From the human T2T-CHM13v2.0 reference genome, Homo sapiens: a stretch of DNA of 64,000 nt. Where the stretch lies: the NCBI RefSeq assembly GCF_009914755.1, contig NC_060926.1. One strand, 5' to 3'. The notes under the pieces were generated by a model. That model saw only the letters and a program-made list of their open reading frames with translations. It was not told the origin of the DNA and searched no databases. Below, piece after piece: positions 13,050 through 64,000 of the stretch. The stretch's first letter is position 1. Every line of letters starts with the position of its first letter. A program made the position numbers and the translations under genes.

Positions 13050-13235
13050 CAATTGTTCCCAAATTGGAACAACTATCAGAATCACCGGAGGATTTGCTAA
13101 AGCACAGATCACTGGGTTCTGTGCCCAGAGTTTTAAATTCAGTAAGTCTGGGGGCGGGACCTGAGAATTTGTAATTTTAACACGTTCCCTGGTTGTGCTG
13201 ATGTTGCTAGTCAAGGGCTCACACTTTAAGAACCA
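13050..13235 (-). mobile_element. MER5A hAT MITE
   Basis: atcagaatcaccggagg...ttcagtaagtctggggcgggacctgagaatttg...cacactttaagaacca. Confidence 0.8.
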
Positions 13236-14379
13236 TTTTTTTTTTTTCTGTTCCAGGTTAGCACCATCTCTCTTTTGGAATATTTCAATAATTTCCTGCT
13301 TCCCAGCCATTTTCTAAAGTACAATCAGAATGATCTATCTAATTTTACTTAGAAATATTTATTGGGTGCCAGATACTCTACTAAATATAGAGGATGTAAT
13401 AACAAGCAAAACCGACAAGGATCCTGATGTCACAATAACCTGAAGCAGCCAGTTTGCCTGGAATACTTTCTTCCCTTGGCTGAACATTATGTAATGATGT
13501 TCATGATCTCCTTTCCAAGGGTGTAAAACACAGAAGTAAATAATTAAAGTTCTATTCCTGTGATCAGCTCATAAAATGGTTGAGCCAGCTCTGTGCTCTT
13601 TGATTTTGCTCTATGAAGTTGTTTAATAACAACTTAAGTTGGAATAATTTAAACTCCAGCTTGTTCTCCAAATTAAGATAAGGTCAAAACGGCCTGATAT
13701 ATGTTGGATGAGCAAGAATACGGGAGAAAATTAGATAAGATTCTTTAGGTTCATTCTTCCAATTTTGTAAAACTCTACACAACTATTCCTTCATCTGTGG
13801 AAGAGGAGAGGGCAGCAGGAGTGGCTTGGCAATGTCTAGTAAATCCTGCTGTCCTCCTGTGAAGGTCTGTCTTTTATTTCTCTGCCCCTACCTTTAGGAC
13901 CAATCCCAGCAAGAGTGAAGGCCACGTGTTCTGGGCATGGTTAATACAGAAAAATCTTCACCACTGCCAGTCATGATTATCTTTGCCTCTCCTCCCTTTT
14001 ACTCTTAAGGGCTTGAAGTCTACTTTTTCGGGTAGGTAGAAGAGCCAAAATATTGCTCATCTGAAATTTTGGTTGTGAGATTCCTTGTCATTTATAGAAT
14101 AAATTCTTGTACTAATCAAAGAAGCTAGAGTTAAAATAGAAGGCCCTGTCTTTCTTCACAGCATCTTGAATTCTGTGCTCAAAACATGGCCCTGTTCCTC
14201 AGGCTGATGTAACAGCTCATGTTCTTCAGGATGGCAAGTCAGAGTATAGAGGCCAAGCTGCAGAGGTTGGTTGCTTTTATGAGCATTTGACTTCTGTCAA
14301 AAGTAAACAGTAAGGCTTTAAACTGGGGAAAGGAAAGAACAGGGTATGCATTTCTGAGCCATCTTTTTTTGGTTGCTGC

Positions 14380-14730
14380 GTGAAGGACTGGAGGTAACCA
14401 GAGGCAAGAAGACTAATGAGAAGGCTGTTGCAGGGATCTCCAGGGATCCTGAAGAGAGAAAATATGTTGACCTAGATTGGAAATATGGATGGGAGGATGA
14501 GAAAGTATATGGATTCCTGAGATATTTGACGGTGTCAGGCATAGTTTTTGGAACTTCATCCAGGAGGAGACAGGGAGGAATCAAGAATGGCACTGAGATT
14601 TTTGGCTTAGGCAAGAGAGTGGATGCTGAAGCCATTCCTTGAGATAGCCAATACTGGGAAGGAAGTCTGGAGCTGAAAAAGATGAACTCAGTATGGATAG
14701 GCTGAATTTGAGGTAGCTTTGGGACATTAA
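14380..14730 (-). mobile_element. L2 fragment
   Basis: ggaggaatcaagaatggcactgagatttttggctt...gccattccttgagatag...gctgaatttgagg; explains ORF 14373..14642. Confidence 0.72.
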
Positions 14731-14811
14731 TGCAACTGGAATGACTATTATGTAGTTAAATTATCACATTACTCTAAGTGTTCAATCCTTATATAACCAC
14801 TGCTGAAATAA

Positions 14812-15258
<447 letters not shown>

Positions 15259-15459
15259 GTCATTTTCCAAATTTCTTAACAAGACTTACAATTTACCTTT
15301 TCCAGCTTTACTTCTCCCACCTATCCATACCCACAGTTGCCCAGCCCAAATTCATTTGGGTTCCTCAAAGGGTTAATGCTTCGTGTAGTCTCAAGGACTA
15401 TGGGCCAGCAGTTCTGTCAGGAACTATTCTATTCTCTTTTCTGTGCATTCAGCAAAGAA

Positions 15460-15630
15460 TTAGAAAAATTAGCTGGGCGTGATGGTGCGAGACTGTAGTC
15501 TTGGCTACTCGGGAGGCTGAGGTGAGAGGATCTCCTGACATCAGGAGTTGGAGGCTGCAGAGCCATGATCGCGCCACTGCACTCCAGCCTGGGTAACAGA
15601 GGAAGACCTTGTCTCAACAAAACAAAAGAA
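15460..15630 (+). mobile_element. Alu right monomer (AluJ/FRAM-like)
   Basis: aaaaattagctgggcgtgatgg...ccttgtctcaacaaaac. Confidence 0.88.
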
Positions 15631-15634
15631 GTTA

Positions 15635-15950
15635 GTGAGGGCCCAGGTAGGTGCTAGGTGCTGGGATAACATGGTGAGCAAAAAGAAGACTTTATCCCTT
15701 CCCTTGCCTCATTATAGTATAATGGCAGATTTAAATACTAATCTAATAATTACACAAGAAAGAATTGCAAATGAGATCAGAGCTGCCAATCGAAGGCACC
15801 CAGTGGGAAAGACGGCCTACAATGGGATTTTCGCATAGCGAAAGCTTGTCTGAGAAGATAGAGTGGATTCATAGGGGGAGGAAAAAGCTTTCTAGGCCGG
15901 GAGAACACCCCTGTGGAGGGGTGTAACTTGGCGCATTACGAGGAACTAGA
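15635..15950 (-). mobile_element. L2 3' fragment abutting the MRPL19 promoter
   Basis: gtgctaggtgctgggataacatggtgagcaaaa...cccttgcctcat... Confidence 0.55.
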
Positions 15951-16083
15951 GAAACGTGCACTTTTCCTAAGACATCAGGAAAGGAGCGAGGAGAGACTTA
16001 TCCATTTTGTCCCATAGCAGCCGCCATATGGTGGCAGACAGCAACAACCTCGTCGCACTGATTACTGGGAGCTGTAGTCTTGA

Positions 16084-24575
<8,492 letters not shown>

Positions 24576-24716
24576 TTCTGAGAATGAATTTGGTTAGTTG
24601 CAGAAGATACATTGGCTCTAAGAGGATATATTTTGAGACCAATTTAATTTCATTTATAAGAACATAGTAATTAAGTGAACTAAGCATTCATTGTTTTATT
24701 AATACTTTTTTTCTAA

Positions 24717-25008
24717 AATAAAACTTGTACACCAGTTTATTACTCTAAAAAGAGAATTACACATGCCAAATGGACCAATGTCCATTTGCTTATTGGAGGC
24801 AAAGCTACAATAGAAGTCAGAGCATCACCAGAATGGTCTTTAATGAGCATGGAACCTGAGCAAAGGGAATAGGTGGGATGAATTTTTTTTTTAATTGTGA
24901 AACAATTCATAAGCACAATATGATTTACAGAATAATAAACATTCATGTACCCACTATCAGGTTAAGAAATAGAACATTTATTAATATGTAGGAATGTTAA
25001 GAAATAAA
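24717..25008 (+). terminator. Proximal MRPL19 poly(A) signal cluster (AATAAA at 24717, 24934, 25003)
   Basis: Three canonical hexamers 140-430 nt after the stop; usage not provable from sequence. Confidence 0.6.
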
Positions 25009-25759
25009 ACATTTAATAAGATCTCAGAAGACTCCAGTAAATCTGCAATTGTATCTCTCTCCTTTTTAAATGTAAATATCATCTTGACTTGTTAATTATT
25101 CCCTTGCATTTCTTTTAGTTTACTGCCAACACATATATTCTTCAACAATATATTTAATTTTGAAAAACCTGAAAAAAAAAACCTGTTAGCAAGTATAAAG
25201 GGGCAGTATTACTATTATTGCATGAAGGCTTCAAGGGAAACGTTACAGTCTTTGGGTCATAGTCTGGCTTCAGCTTCCTCTGAGAGTTTACAGAGGCCAA
25301 TTTTGAGCAAATTCATGGCTAAGGTTATGAGTGAGTTCTGCTAAACAGAAGGCTCACCACAAGGTATCTGGCAGGATTATACTGGGTAGCTGGATGTTGC
25401 AGAAATGTGGTTAGAGGAAGTAAACTGTTTTTTGATGCTCACAGCATGATGAATCAAACTCTGTATCTTAGGATTAGGTTAAAACAATACCTTTGGTATG
25501 ATATGAGTGTTGTTGCTGATCCATGCAGCATGGATTGGAAAGCTGGGGTATAAGCACACATGCTAAAGAAAAACATGTAATTTGGTCCATACTCACCTGG
25601 ATATACTGTTCCTCAGGTTAAAAAATACAGTACTATCCTAAATCTTGAAGGCAACTCTCAGCCTATCCATTGAGTTACCTTCAGATCTGCCCTCTGGTTC
25701 CTAGCTGTCTTGGGACTAACTTCTTTCCTGCGCTCAGCTGTTTTCTGGATTCCATGTTT

Positions 25760-28700
25760 TCCATTTTATTGAGTACTAACTTGTTTTGCTGCAGCACATC
25801 CTTTGGTAGCTTCTAGAGGAAGTTTGTGTGGAGGTAAAATTTTTGAGACCTTGCATGTCTCATGTTTGATTGATACTTTATACGTTTAGGTAGGAGGTAA
25901 TTTTCCTTCAGGACTTTAAAAATATTGTTGCTCCATTTTCTTTGTTTCTATTGTTGTATTGAGAAATCCAATGCCATTTTGATTTCCCCATCATAAATTT
26001 CATGATGATGTGTCTTGGTGTGGGTCTATATTTATCCATTGTATTGGGTTTTAGGTGAACCCTTCCAGATAGTAACTCATTTCTGTCAGTTCTGGGAAAC
26101 ACTTAGCATTGGTTGATGATTTATTCTCTGCTGCTTTGTTCTCCCAACTATTATTTGGATGTTGGATATCCAGCACTGGGTATCTATTTTCTTACCTCCC
26201 TCCCTTGACCCCAGTCTCTGTTTTTTAGCTCTTTAGCTCAATCTTCCAACTCTTTGCTATTGTATTTTAAAATCTTAAGACCCCTTCTTGATTTGTAGAA
26301 GTTCCTTTTCTTACAACCAAAAAGCCTTTATCTATGGATTTGTTCACAGATAAGGGGTATTCAATATAGTGTATTTTTTTTTCATTTAAAATTGTTTGCG
26401 CATCTATTTCCTCCAAATTTCTTTCTGTATTTATTTTTTGTTGTCTATATTTCAGACTTTTCCAGGATATCTGATAATCTTTGGCTGTCTTCTTATGGTT
26501 GAAAGAGGGACTAAAAAGCTTGGAAAGCCTTTGGGTTGTGGGAAGGGGCTGTCTTTAGGATTATCTGAATGGGCTTTTTTGGGAGTCCCCTCCTCCACAT
26601 GAATATTTTGGTTTTGTCAGATTCCCTAGAATAGAGGCTTCCAATCTCCTTCCTGGAGGGGTCTGTCCAGGAAGGAGATTGTCTAGGGGTCTGTCAGACA
26701 GCAGCTTTCAGCTACTTCCTTGATCTTTTTCACTAATGATTATATAGTCATCTAACTACTGTCAACAAGTAATAGATATCCTATCCTTCACTTGTTTAGA
26801 TTATTTGCTGAGATAACCTCTCAAAAGAACCTCTCAAAATAAAAGGTTAACAAGAGCCTATATCTTATATTTTTCTTCTCTTTATCTTGTTAGAAGATAG
26901 CTATTAAAACCTGTTCTTTTTCTGTCTTGATAAACACACTTCAATCTTGGTAGAATGGTAGATGGGACAGTATATTTTAGGACCTAAAGCTCTGCAAATG
27001 TATGATCAGCTTGTAAGTACAGGTGCTCAAAAACATGTAAACAATCATGCTTTTTACTCTGTAGGAATATCTTTAAAATTCTTGTGAATTTTTCCCCAGA
27101 AGTAAAGCAAATCTTCCCCCAGAAATAAAATTAAATGTGCATAATCTAAAGCTTTTTTTTTTTATTGTGGTAGGATATATATATAAAACATAATTTGCCA
27201 TTGTAAACATTTTAAATTTACAAGTCAGAGGCATTAATTACATCACAATGTTGTGAAATTATTACTACTATTTCCAAAATTTTCTCATCACCCCAAACTG
27301 AAACTCTGTAACTGTTGAGCAATAACCTCATTCCTGTATCTCTCCCAACCCCAGGTAACCTCAAATCTTTCTTTTTATCTTTGAGACAAGGTCTCATTCT
27401 ATCACTCAGGTAGGAGTGCAGTGGTGTGATCATAGCTCATTGCAGCCTCAAAATCCTGGGCTCAAGCAATCCTCCTTGAGTAGCTAAGACTATAGGCACA
27501 CATTAACTGCGCCTGGCTGATTTTGTTTTTTGTAGAGATGTGGTCTTGCTATGTTTCCCATGCTGGTCTTGAGTTCCTGGCCTCAAGCAGTCCTTAAGAT
27601 TCATCCATGTTGTGGCATGTGTCAGAATTTCATTTGTTTTTATGACTAAATAATATTCCATTGTATGTATATACATTTTGTTCATCCATCTTCTGATGAA
27701 CACTGGGATATGTCTACCTTTTGGCTATTGTGAATAATGCTGCAGTAAACATTGACATAACAAGTATGTATTTGATTGCCTGTTTCTAAGTTCTTTTGGG
27801 TATACATCTTGAGTAGAATTGCTAGATAATGTCATGTTTTATTTCTCTTGTGATTTCTTCTTCGATCCCCTGGTTGAGTGTGTTAATTTCTACATGTTTA
27901 TGAATTTCCCACTGTTTTTTTGTTATTGATTTCCAAGTTCATTCCATTGTGATTAGAGAAGATACTTAGTATGATTTTAATGTTTTTGAGAATTGGTGTG
28001 TGGCCTGATAGATGGTCTGTCCTGGAGAATGTTCCTCATACACTTGAGCAAAATATTTATCATGCTATTGTTGACTGTAGTTTTCTATATGTCTCTTAGG
28101 TCAAGGTGGTTTACAATGTGTTAAGGTTCTCTTTTTTTAAAAAAATTTTTGCACAGAGTATCTTTTTCTATGTGTTCCATGTATTTGTGTCTTTGGAGCT
28201 ATAGTCTCTTGTAGACAGCATATCACTATCTTGTTTTGTTTTGTTTTTTCTGTCCATTCTGCCAATTTCTGCCTTTTGATTGGAAAATTTAATCCATTTG
28301 CATTTAAAGTAATTAAGGAAGGACTTTCTTCTACCATTTAACACTTCTTCTATATGTCATATACTTTTTTGGCCCCTCATTTCCTCTTTATGGCCTTCTT
28401 TTCTGTTTTTTTGTAGTGAACTAGTCTGATTCTCTTTCCACTCCCCTTTGTGTATATTTGTTAGATGTTTTATTTGTGGTTGCTATGGGGATTATAGTTA
28501 ACATCCTACACTTAAAACAATCTAATTTAAACTGATACCAATTTACCTTCAATAGCATACAAAATCTCTACTCCTGTAAAGCTCTGCCCCTGCCCCCCTT
28601 ATGTTATTGATGGCACAAATTGCCTAATAAATAATTTATAGTTATTTGTATGAGTTTGTCTTTTAAATCATTTAGGAAATAAAAAGTGGAGTTAGAAAAC

Positions 28701-31600
28701 AGTATGATAGTAATACTGACTTTTATATTTGTCAATATATTTATCTTATTTTGGATCCTTATTTCATTATATAGATTTGAGTTACTGTCTAGTGCCCTTC
28801 CATTTCGGCCCAAAGGATTCCCTTATGCATTTCTTGCAGGGCAAGTCTAATTGTAATAAACTCCCTCAGCTTTTGTTTTATCTGAGAATGTCTTGATTTC
28901 TCCCTTATTTTTGATGGATAATTTTGCCAGATACATGAATTTTTGGTAACAGTATTTTTCTTTCAGCACTTTAAATATGTCATCCCACTACCTTCTGACT
29001 TCATGGTTTCTCATGAGATATTAGATGTTATAAAATTTGAGGATTCCTCATTCTTGATGAGTCAGTTCTGTCTTATTGCTTTTCGGATTTGCTCAGCTTT
29101 TGTCTTTTGACAGTTTGATTATAACGCGGCTCAGTGTGGGTCTCTGAGTTTATCCCACTTAGAGTTTGTTGAGTTTCTTGGAGTCATAGATTTATGTCTT
29201 TTATCAAATTTTGGACATATTTGGCTATTATTTCTTCAATTTTTTTCACTGCTTCTTTCTTTTCCTTCTGAAATATTCTTAATGTATATGTTGGTCTGTT
29301 TGATGCTGTCTCACCAGTTTCTTAGGCTGTGTTCTCTTTTGTTCCTCAGACTTGATTATTGCAGTTGCCCTTCTTTTTATTTTTTTCAAGTTTGTTGATT
29401 CTTCTCCCTGTTCAGATCAACTGTTGAACTCCTCTAGTGAATTTATTTCAGTTACTGTACTTTTCAGCTCCAAGATTTATCTTTGGTTCCTTTTTATAAC
29501 GTCTGTGTCTTTATTGATATTCTCATTTTGTTCATATGTCTCTTTCTTCCTTTAGTTCTTTGTCCATGTTTTCCTTTAGCTCTTTGGGCTTATTTAAGAC
29601 AATTGTTTAAAGTCTTTGCATAGTAAGTCCAATGTCTGTGTTTCTTCAGGGATGGTTTTCATTATTTTGTTTTCAATGAGCCATACTTTCCTGTGTCTTT
29701 GTATGCTGTCTTTTTGTTGTTGAAAACTGTATGTTTGAACATCATAACGTGGTGGCCCTGAAAATCAGATATTCCCCCCTTCCTGAGAGTTAGTTTTATT
29801 TTTATTATTGAAGATTGTAGCAGTCTATTGCTACATGTGCAGTCATTTCCAAACTATTTTTGCAAAGACTGTATTCCTTCTGTGTGTCATCACTGAAGTC
29901 TCTGTTCCTTAGTTTGTGTTTAATAGTTTGACATAGATTTCCTTGAAAGGAGTTAAAACTAGCAGAAAAATCTCTCTCCCAGTCTTTCCAGTCTTTGTAG
30001 ATTGGTTCTGTGCTGGGCTTTTCCATTAATACTTAGCCAGGCTTGTACTGAGCCTAACAATCAGGCCCAAAAGCGTAGGGTCTTTGCAGATCTTGTCTGA
30101 GCATGCTTCTTGCTGTGTATGCACGTAGTTTTCTAAATCTCCCTGTATGTGCTGTTGAATATTCTAATTTCCCAAAGAAACTCCTTTGCAGCTTTTTCTC
30201 ACAGAACATAGATGGTTTTTTGGATATCTTGACCATAGTCTTTCGACCCAGGTGTTTGCGGTTGTTAGTTCACCTTACACTTTTTTCAAGCATTGCCTAC
30301 TGCTTACGATGAGTGCTCTGTCAATCCTTTAAGTAGCCCCAGACAGGCTACCAGAGACTTAAACAAGAATTTGTAAGTTCTGCTCAGCTTCCTCTAGAAA
30401 TGGGGATCAGGGTCCAAGACAGAATGCAGTTGCTGATTTCAAGACTGCTGCAACACCAGGGAGCTTGTGGGGGAAGGGCAAGCAGAAATGTCACAAAGCT
30501 TTCTTGCCATTTTAAAGTTGCCTGTTCTTGACTCAGCATTTGCTTCATTGCTATAAACTTTTTACTGTTTTTCAGAGTTCTGATAAAATTGGCTATGCCT
30601 GTTCCTGCTTTAAAAAATATATATATATTTTTTAGGGATTGGGGTCTCACTATACTGACCAGGCTGGTCTTGAACTTCTGGCCTCAAGCCATCCTCTCAT
30701 TTCAGCTTCCCAAAGTGCTGCAATTACACGCGTGAACCACCACACCCAGCCCCTGCTTGTTTTTCAATGTGCCTACTCCACCATGTTGCTCAAGTATGTA
30801 TATTTTCTAAACTACCTTGTAGTGTTGTGATGGGAAATAAATCCCTGAGCCTTTTGAATAACTCAGAGAGATCAAAAACTTAGTTTATCCTATTCGAAGG
30901 ATTAGAAAAATGATATATCTTTCACTTTTTCAGGGATAGGCTCCTCATTAGAAGGCTCCTATGTGCCGATGCTGTACAAGACATTTCATTTCTCTTAATG
31001 TTTACAACAAGCTTGTTGCCAAGGCTGATCTTGAACTCCTGGCCTCAAACGATCCTCCCAGCTCAGTCTCACAAAGTGTTGGGATGTCTGGCCAACTAAT
31101 GACTATCTTAACTCTTGTGTTTCAATGTTTATGCCTTCTTTTATCTTGACTGATTGTATGACTATGTCTTCTAGAACAATGTTGAACAGAAATGGTGAGA
31201 GCAGACATCCTTGCTTTAATATTTCACCATTATATATGATGTTAGGTATAGATTTTTCTCACAGATGCCTTTTATCAGATTGAGGAATTTATATTCCTAC
31301 TTTGCCGAAAGGTTTTTGTAGTATGAGGGGGTGCTGAATTTTGTCAAACACTTTTTCGGTAATAATTGAGATGATTGGTTCTGCAGTCATCGAGATGTGG
31401 ATTTTCTCCTTTATTCTGTTCGTGAGTGATTACACTGGTTGACTAATGTTAAAACAACCTTACTTTCCAGGAATAAACCCTATTATCTTTTTTATACATT
31501 GCTGGATTTGATTTGCTAATTATTTTAAGGACTTTTATTTCTACATTCATGATAGATACTGCTGGTATTTTCTCATGATGTCTTTTGCAGGATTTGTATC
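25760..31600 (-). mobile_element. Series of old antisense L1M fragments (ORF1, ORF2-EN and 3'UTR remnants) with Alu monomers at ~27370-27595, 30630-30752 and 31010-31093
   Basis: ORF 25908..26102 has RPTPRHII (ORF1-like); ORF 28137..28337 has ITLNANGLNFPIKRQKLAEW...ICCLQET (ORF2 endonuclease start); ORF 27503..27703 has HTMEYY. Composite call; internal boundaries not resolved. Confidence 0.75.
31472..31477 (+). terminator. Candidate distal MRPL19 poly(A) signal
   Basis: AATAAA followed by U-rich tattatctttttttata; consistent with my recollection of a very long annotated MRPL19 3'UTR. Confidence 0.5.
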
Positions 31601-32014
31601 ATATATGGCATTTCTGAGGTATACCTAAGTATCATTTATTCAAGGACCTAAGAAATGGAAAAATCAATTGAGGTGATTTTTCCATCATGAAAAAAATTTC
31701 TTTAAAGTCATCTGTCTGATTCTGTAAAAATTTCACATTCTTTATGTGAACAAAAAGCTGAAAGAAATTCAGGGAAAGAATTAAGATGTGATATCAATTG
31801 CCAACCCAATGTTTTGTTCTTGCTAGTTGTGTTCCCCCTCCTTATTCCATCCATTTCATAGTAATAAGAAAAAAAAGAATTTTACATTGAGATTTAGGTA
31901 AATTTTTGAATTACAGTATATGATAAAAACCTTAACGTTCAAACTCCAGGTATAATGAAATTTAATTGAAAATTACTATAGCAGTTTAAGTCAATTTGTA
32001 GTTTTGAAAGCAGT

Positions 32015-32020
32015 TTTAAT
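32015..32020 (-). terminator. Candidate distal GCFC2 poly(A) signal (ATTAAA)
   Basis: tttaat on + about 1.94 kb past the GCFC2 stop; consistent with my recollection of a ~2 kb 3'UTR. The region is AT-rich, so sequence support alone is weak. Confidence 0.4.
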
Positions 32021-32866
32021 ATTTTATCTTCCACAAAAAGGTAGGAAAGTTTCTGTGCTGAACTTAAATATATAAAGGAACACGTCCAACATATTTAGTT
32101 AAAAATCCAAAAGTCAGAGGATAATTTCCAAATGTGTACTTAAATAGAAAAAAATTACAAATTTCATGTGCAATAAAGTGTCTGCCACTTACGTAAAAAA
32201 AAAAAAAAAACCCAAAACTATGTACACATAGAAACACGTAACATTTTTGTAAATAGAGAAAAGGTCTAAAAGGATAACATTAAAATGAAAACAGCAGTTA
32301 TCTCTGGGGACAGCGGTTGTGTGGAAATGCTAACTGCTTTTCAACAATAGTTTGCATTTTCTAGATGAGATTCTATCCTTGTATAATTTTGTTACTAATA
32401 TAAACATCAAAAAATTCTTCATACCAGTGAATCACAAGTCCTCACTGCAACAGACATAACAAATCCAACTCCTAAAATAAATTATATGTAGTTTTGAAGG
32501 TAGAGGTGACATAAAAGTAGGCTGTATATTCAAATCCTACAATATATTCAATTTTTTCCAATTATCTTTTGAACAACAATTTGCAAAATATATTTACAGT
32601 TTCCCTTAAGTTATTTAATAAGTAGACTTAGAAAAATTACTAGTAAACTAACATTTTTGGAAAATTTTCTTAATTTCTTTTGATTAAATTATCTTGCCTC
32701 TGTTTTATTAGACAAATATTTTATCAGAAAATGAATCACATGTTGTGAGTATTTAAAATATCTGTTTCCTTCTTAGTCCTACCACCAATGACAAAAAAAC
32801 AAAATAGTAACTTGCTAATAAGTAATGACTTAATGCTTCAAAAAACATCAACAAATTTAAAAGAAA

Positions 32867-33172
<306 letters not shown>

Positions 33173-33950
33173 TAAAAGAAAAATGGCAAATAAGGAAAAC
33201 TTCTGCCACAAGCATGGGCAAAAAATCAATATCTTTAAAAATATAAAGGTCTTAAAGTCCATAAGAAAAAGATGGATATTTCAGAAATAATTACAAATGG
33301 CCAAAACCAATATGTTTACTCTCTAATAGCCAACACAAAATACGCTATTAAAATAAGATTTTTACCTTTCAAATTTTCAATGCATTTTTAAAAAGGATAA
33401 TAACTACTGCTGGTAGGGATTCATTGGCACTCACTTATGCTTATGTTGGTACATTAAATTGGTACAGATTTCTGAAGGATAATTTGACAATCGGCACATG
33501 CCTTAATCATTTAATACTTAGCAAATAATTCACTCCAACTGAGATTTTCATATTGACTTATTTTTAAATAAAGGTAGTTAAAGAGAACTAAAAGATATTA
33601 TTGTGGTTCAGGACAGAAGACTTAGTAGCATGCTCACTTAAGCTAAAACCTTTAGCAAGGTTTCTCCAGTTCCCCTCTTAAGAAAATTGAAAGACCAGCC
33701 AAAAGAATCAAAGGGAAACACGTTGAGCTCTTAAAGCTCCAGTGCATTTAATTCCTTAGAACACCACAGAATCATGGCAGCTTTTCATGATGCCAGAAGG
33801 TAAAGCACGGGGGAATACAGAGGTGGAGTCCTGCTTTTTTTCAAATCCTACCTTCTATTACAGGGAATAAAGAAGAGAGAGGCACCAGCTTCTTCTCAAA
33901 CAAAGGAACTGAGTGTAACTATATTAAAATTTTAGCATTTTCCAATAAAG

Positions 33951-33955
33951 TTTAT

Positions 33956-33956
<1 letters not shown>
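33951..33956 (-). terminator. Candidate proximal GCFC2 poly(A) signal overlapping the stop codon (TGAATAAA)
   Basis: Minus strand reads GAT TGA ATAAA; GU/U-rich AGTTCCTTTGTTTG lies 41-54 nt downstream. Confidence 0.5.
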
Positions 33957-63647
<29,691 letters not shown>

Positions 63648-64000
63648 CTAAATAAATAAAATAAAAATTAGTTTATTTTTCATACTCTTTTAAAAGTAGC
63701 AATCTAATGTAAATATTTTCAAAGACCACCAAGGAAACTGACAATCATATAAATCTGGGTTTATAGACTAGATAAGCAAAGAACACCACAATAAAAGGAA
63801 ACCCTTTAGCACTTGCTTAGGCCAAATATTCTCTCTTCAAGTTTTCTTGCATTTGTCTTTCAGAATCTTTCTTTGCTTTATATAAAGGAGAGTGAGAATT
63901 AAGAAATTAATCAAGATAATAATGTATAGTAGGCATTATTAATAAAATGTTTTAGTTAAGTAGAATATTTTTGACTATAGCAGTGAACTTGTAAGTAAAT

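Noticed and set aside
24961-25015. 20-nt direct repeat gttaagaaata(g/a)aacattta
   Set aside because: Only two copies in AT-rich, probably L1M-derived sequence; a small local duplication, not an array.
25446-25535. Possible C/D snoRNA (ATGATGA 25446-52, CTGA 25516-19) and adjacent palindrome atccatgc-a-gcatggat
   Set aside because: There is no terminal stem, the location is not intronic and no guide is recognisable; such motifs are expected by chance in 64 kb.

Overview
Mammalian (primate, Alu/L1PA-rich; almost certainly human chr2p12) genomic DNA with two convergent spliced genes. MRPL19 (+) is complete: 6 coding exons from 16099 to 24575 give 292 aa, with a CpG-island promoter. The 3' part of GCFC2/C2orf3 (-) has 12 coding exons from 63647 down to the stop at 33956; its 5' exons lie outside the window. 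All junctions were read by hand and are GT-AG with consistent phase. The rest is mostly interspersed repeats (Alu, L1, L2, L3/CR1, MIR, LTRs, hAT/Tigger MITEs). Features the ORF track does not show: a SUPT4H1 processed pseudogene antisense in MRPL19 intron 2, and a U13 snoRNA retrocopy with a 14-bp TSD. Two same-family solo LTRs sit head-to-head in a GCFC2 intron, and the gene-sense copy lacks its poly(A)-signal segment. A palindromic two-way poly(A) hexamer overlaps the GCFC2 stop codon. A 5'-intact, RT-deleted L1PA has its antisense promoter pointing into the last GCFC2 exons. I found no evidence of a new multi-gene system; the findings are local regulatory or evolutionary hypotheses. Repeat subfamily names come from memory of consensus sequences and repeat boundaries are approximate.
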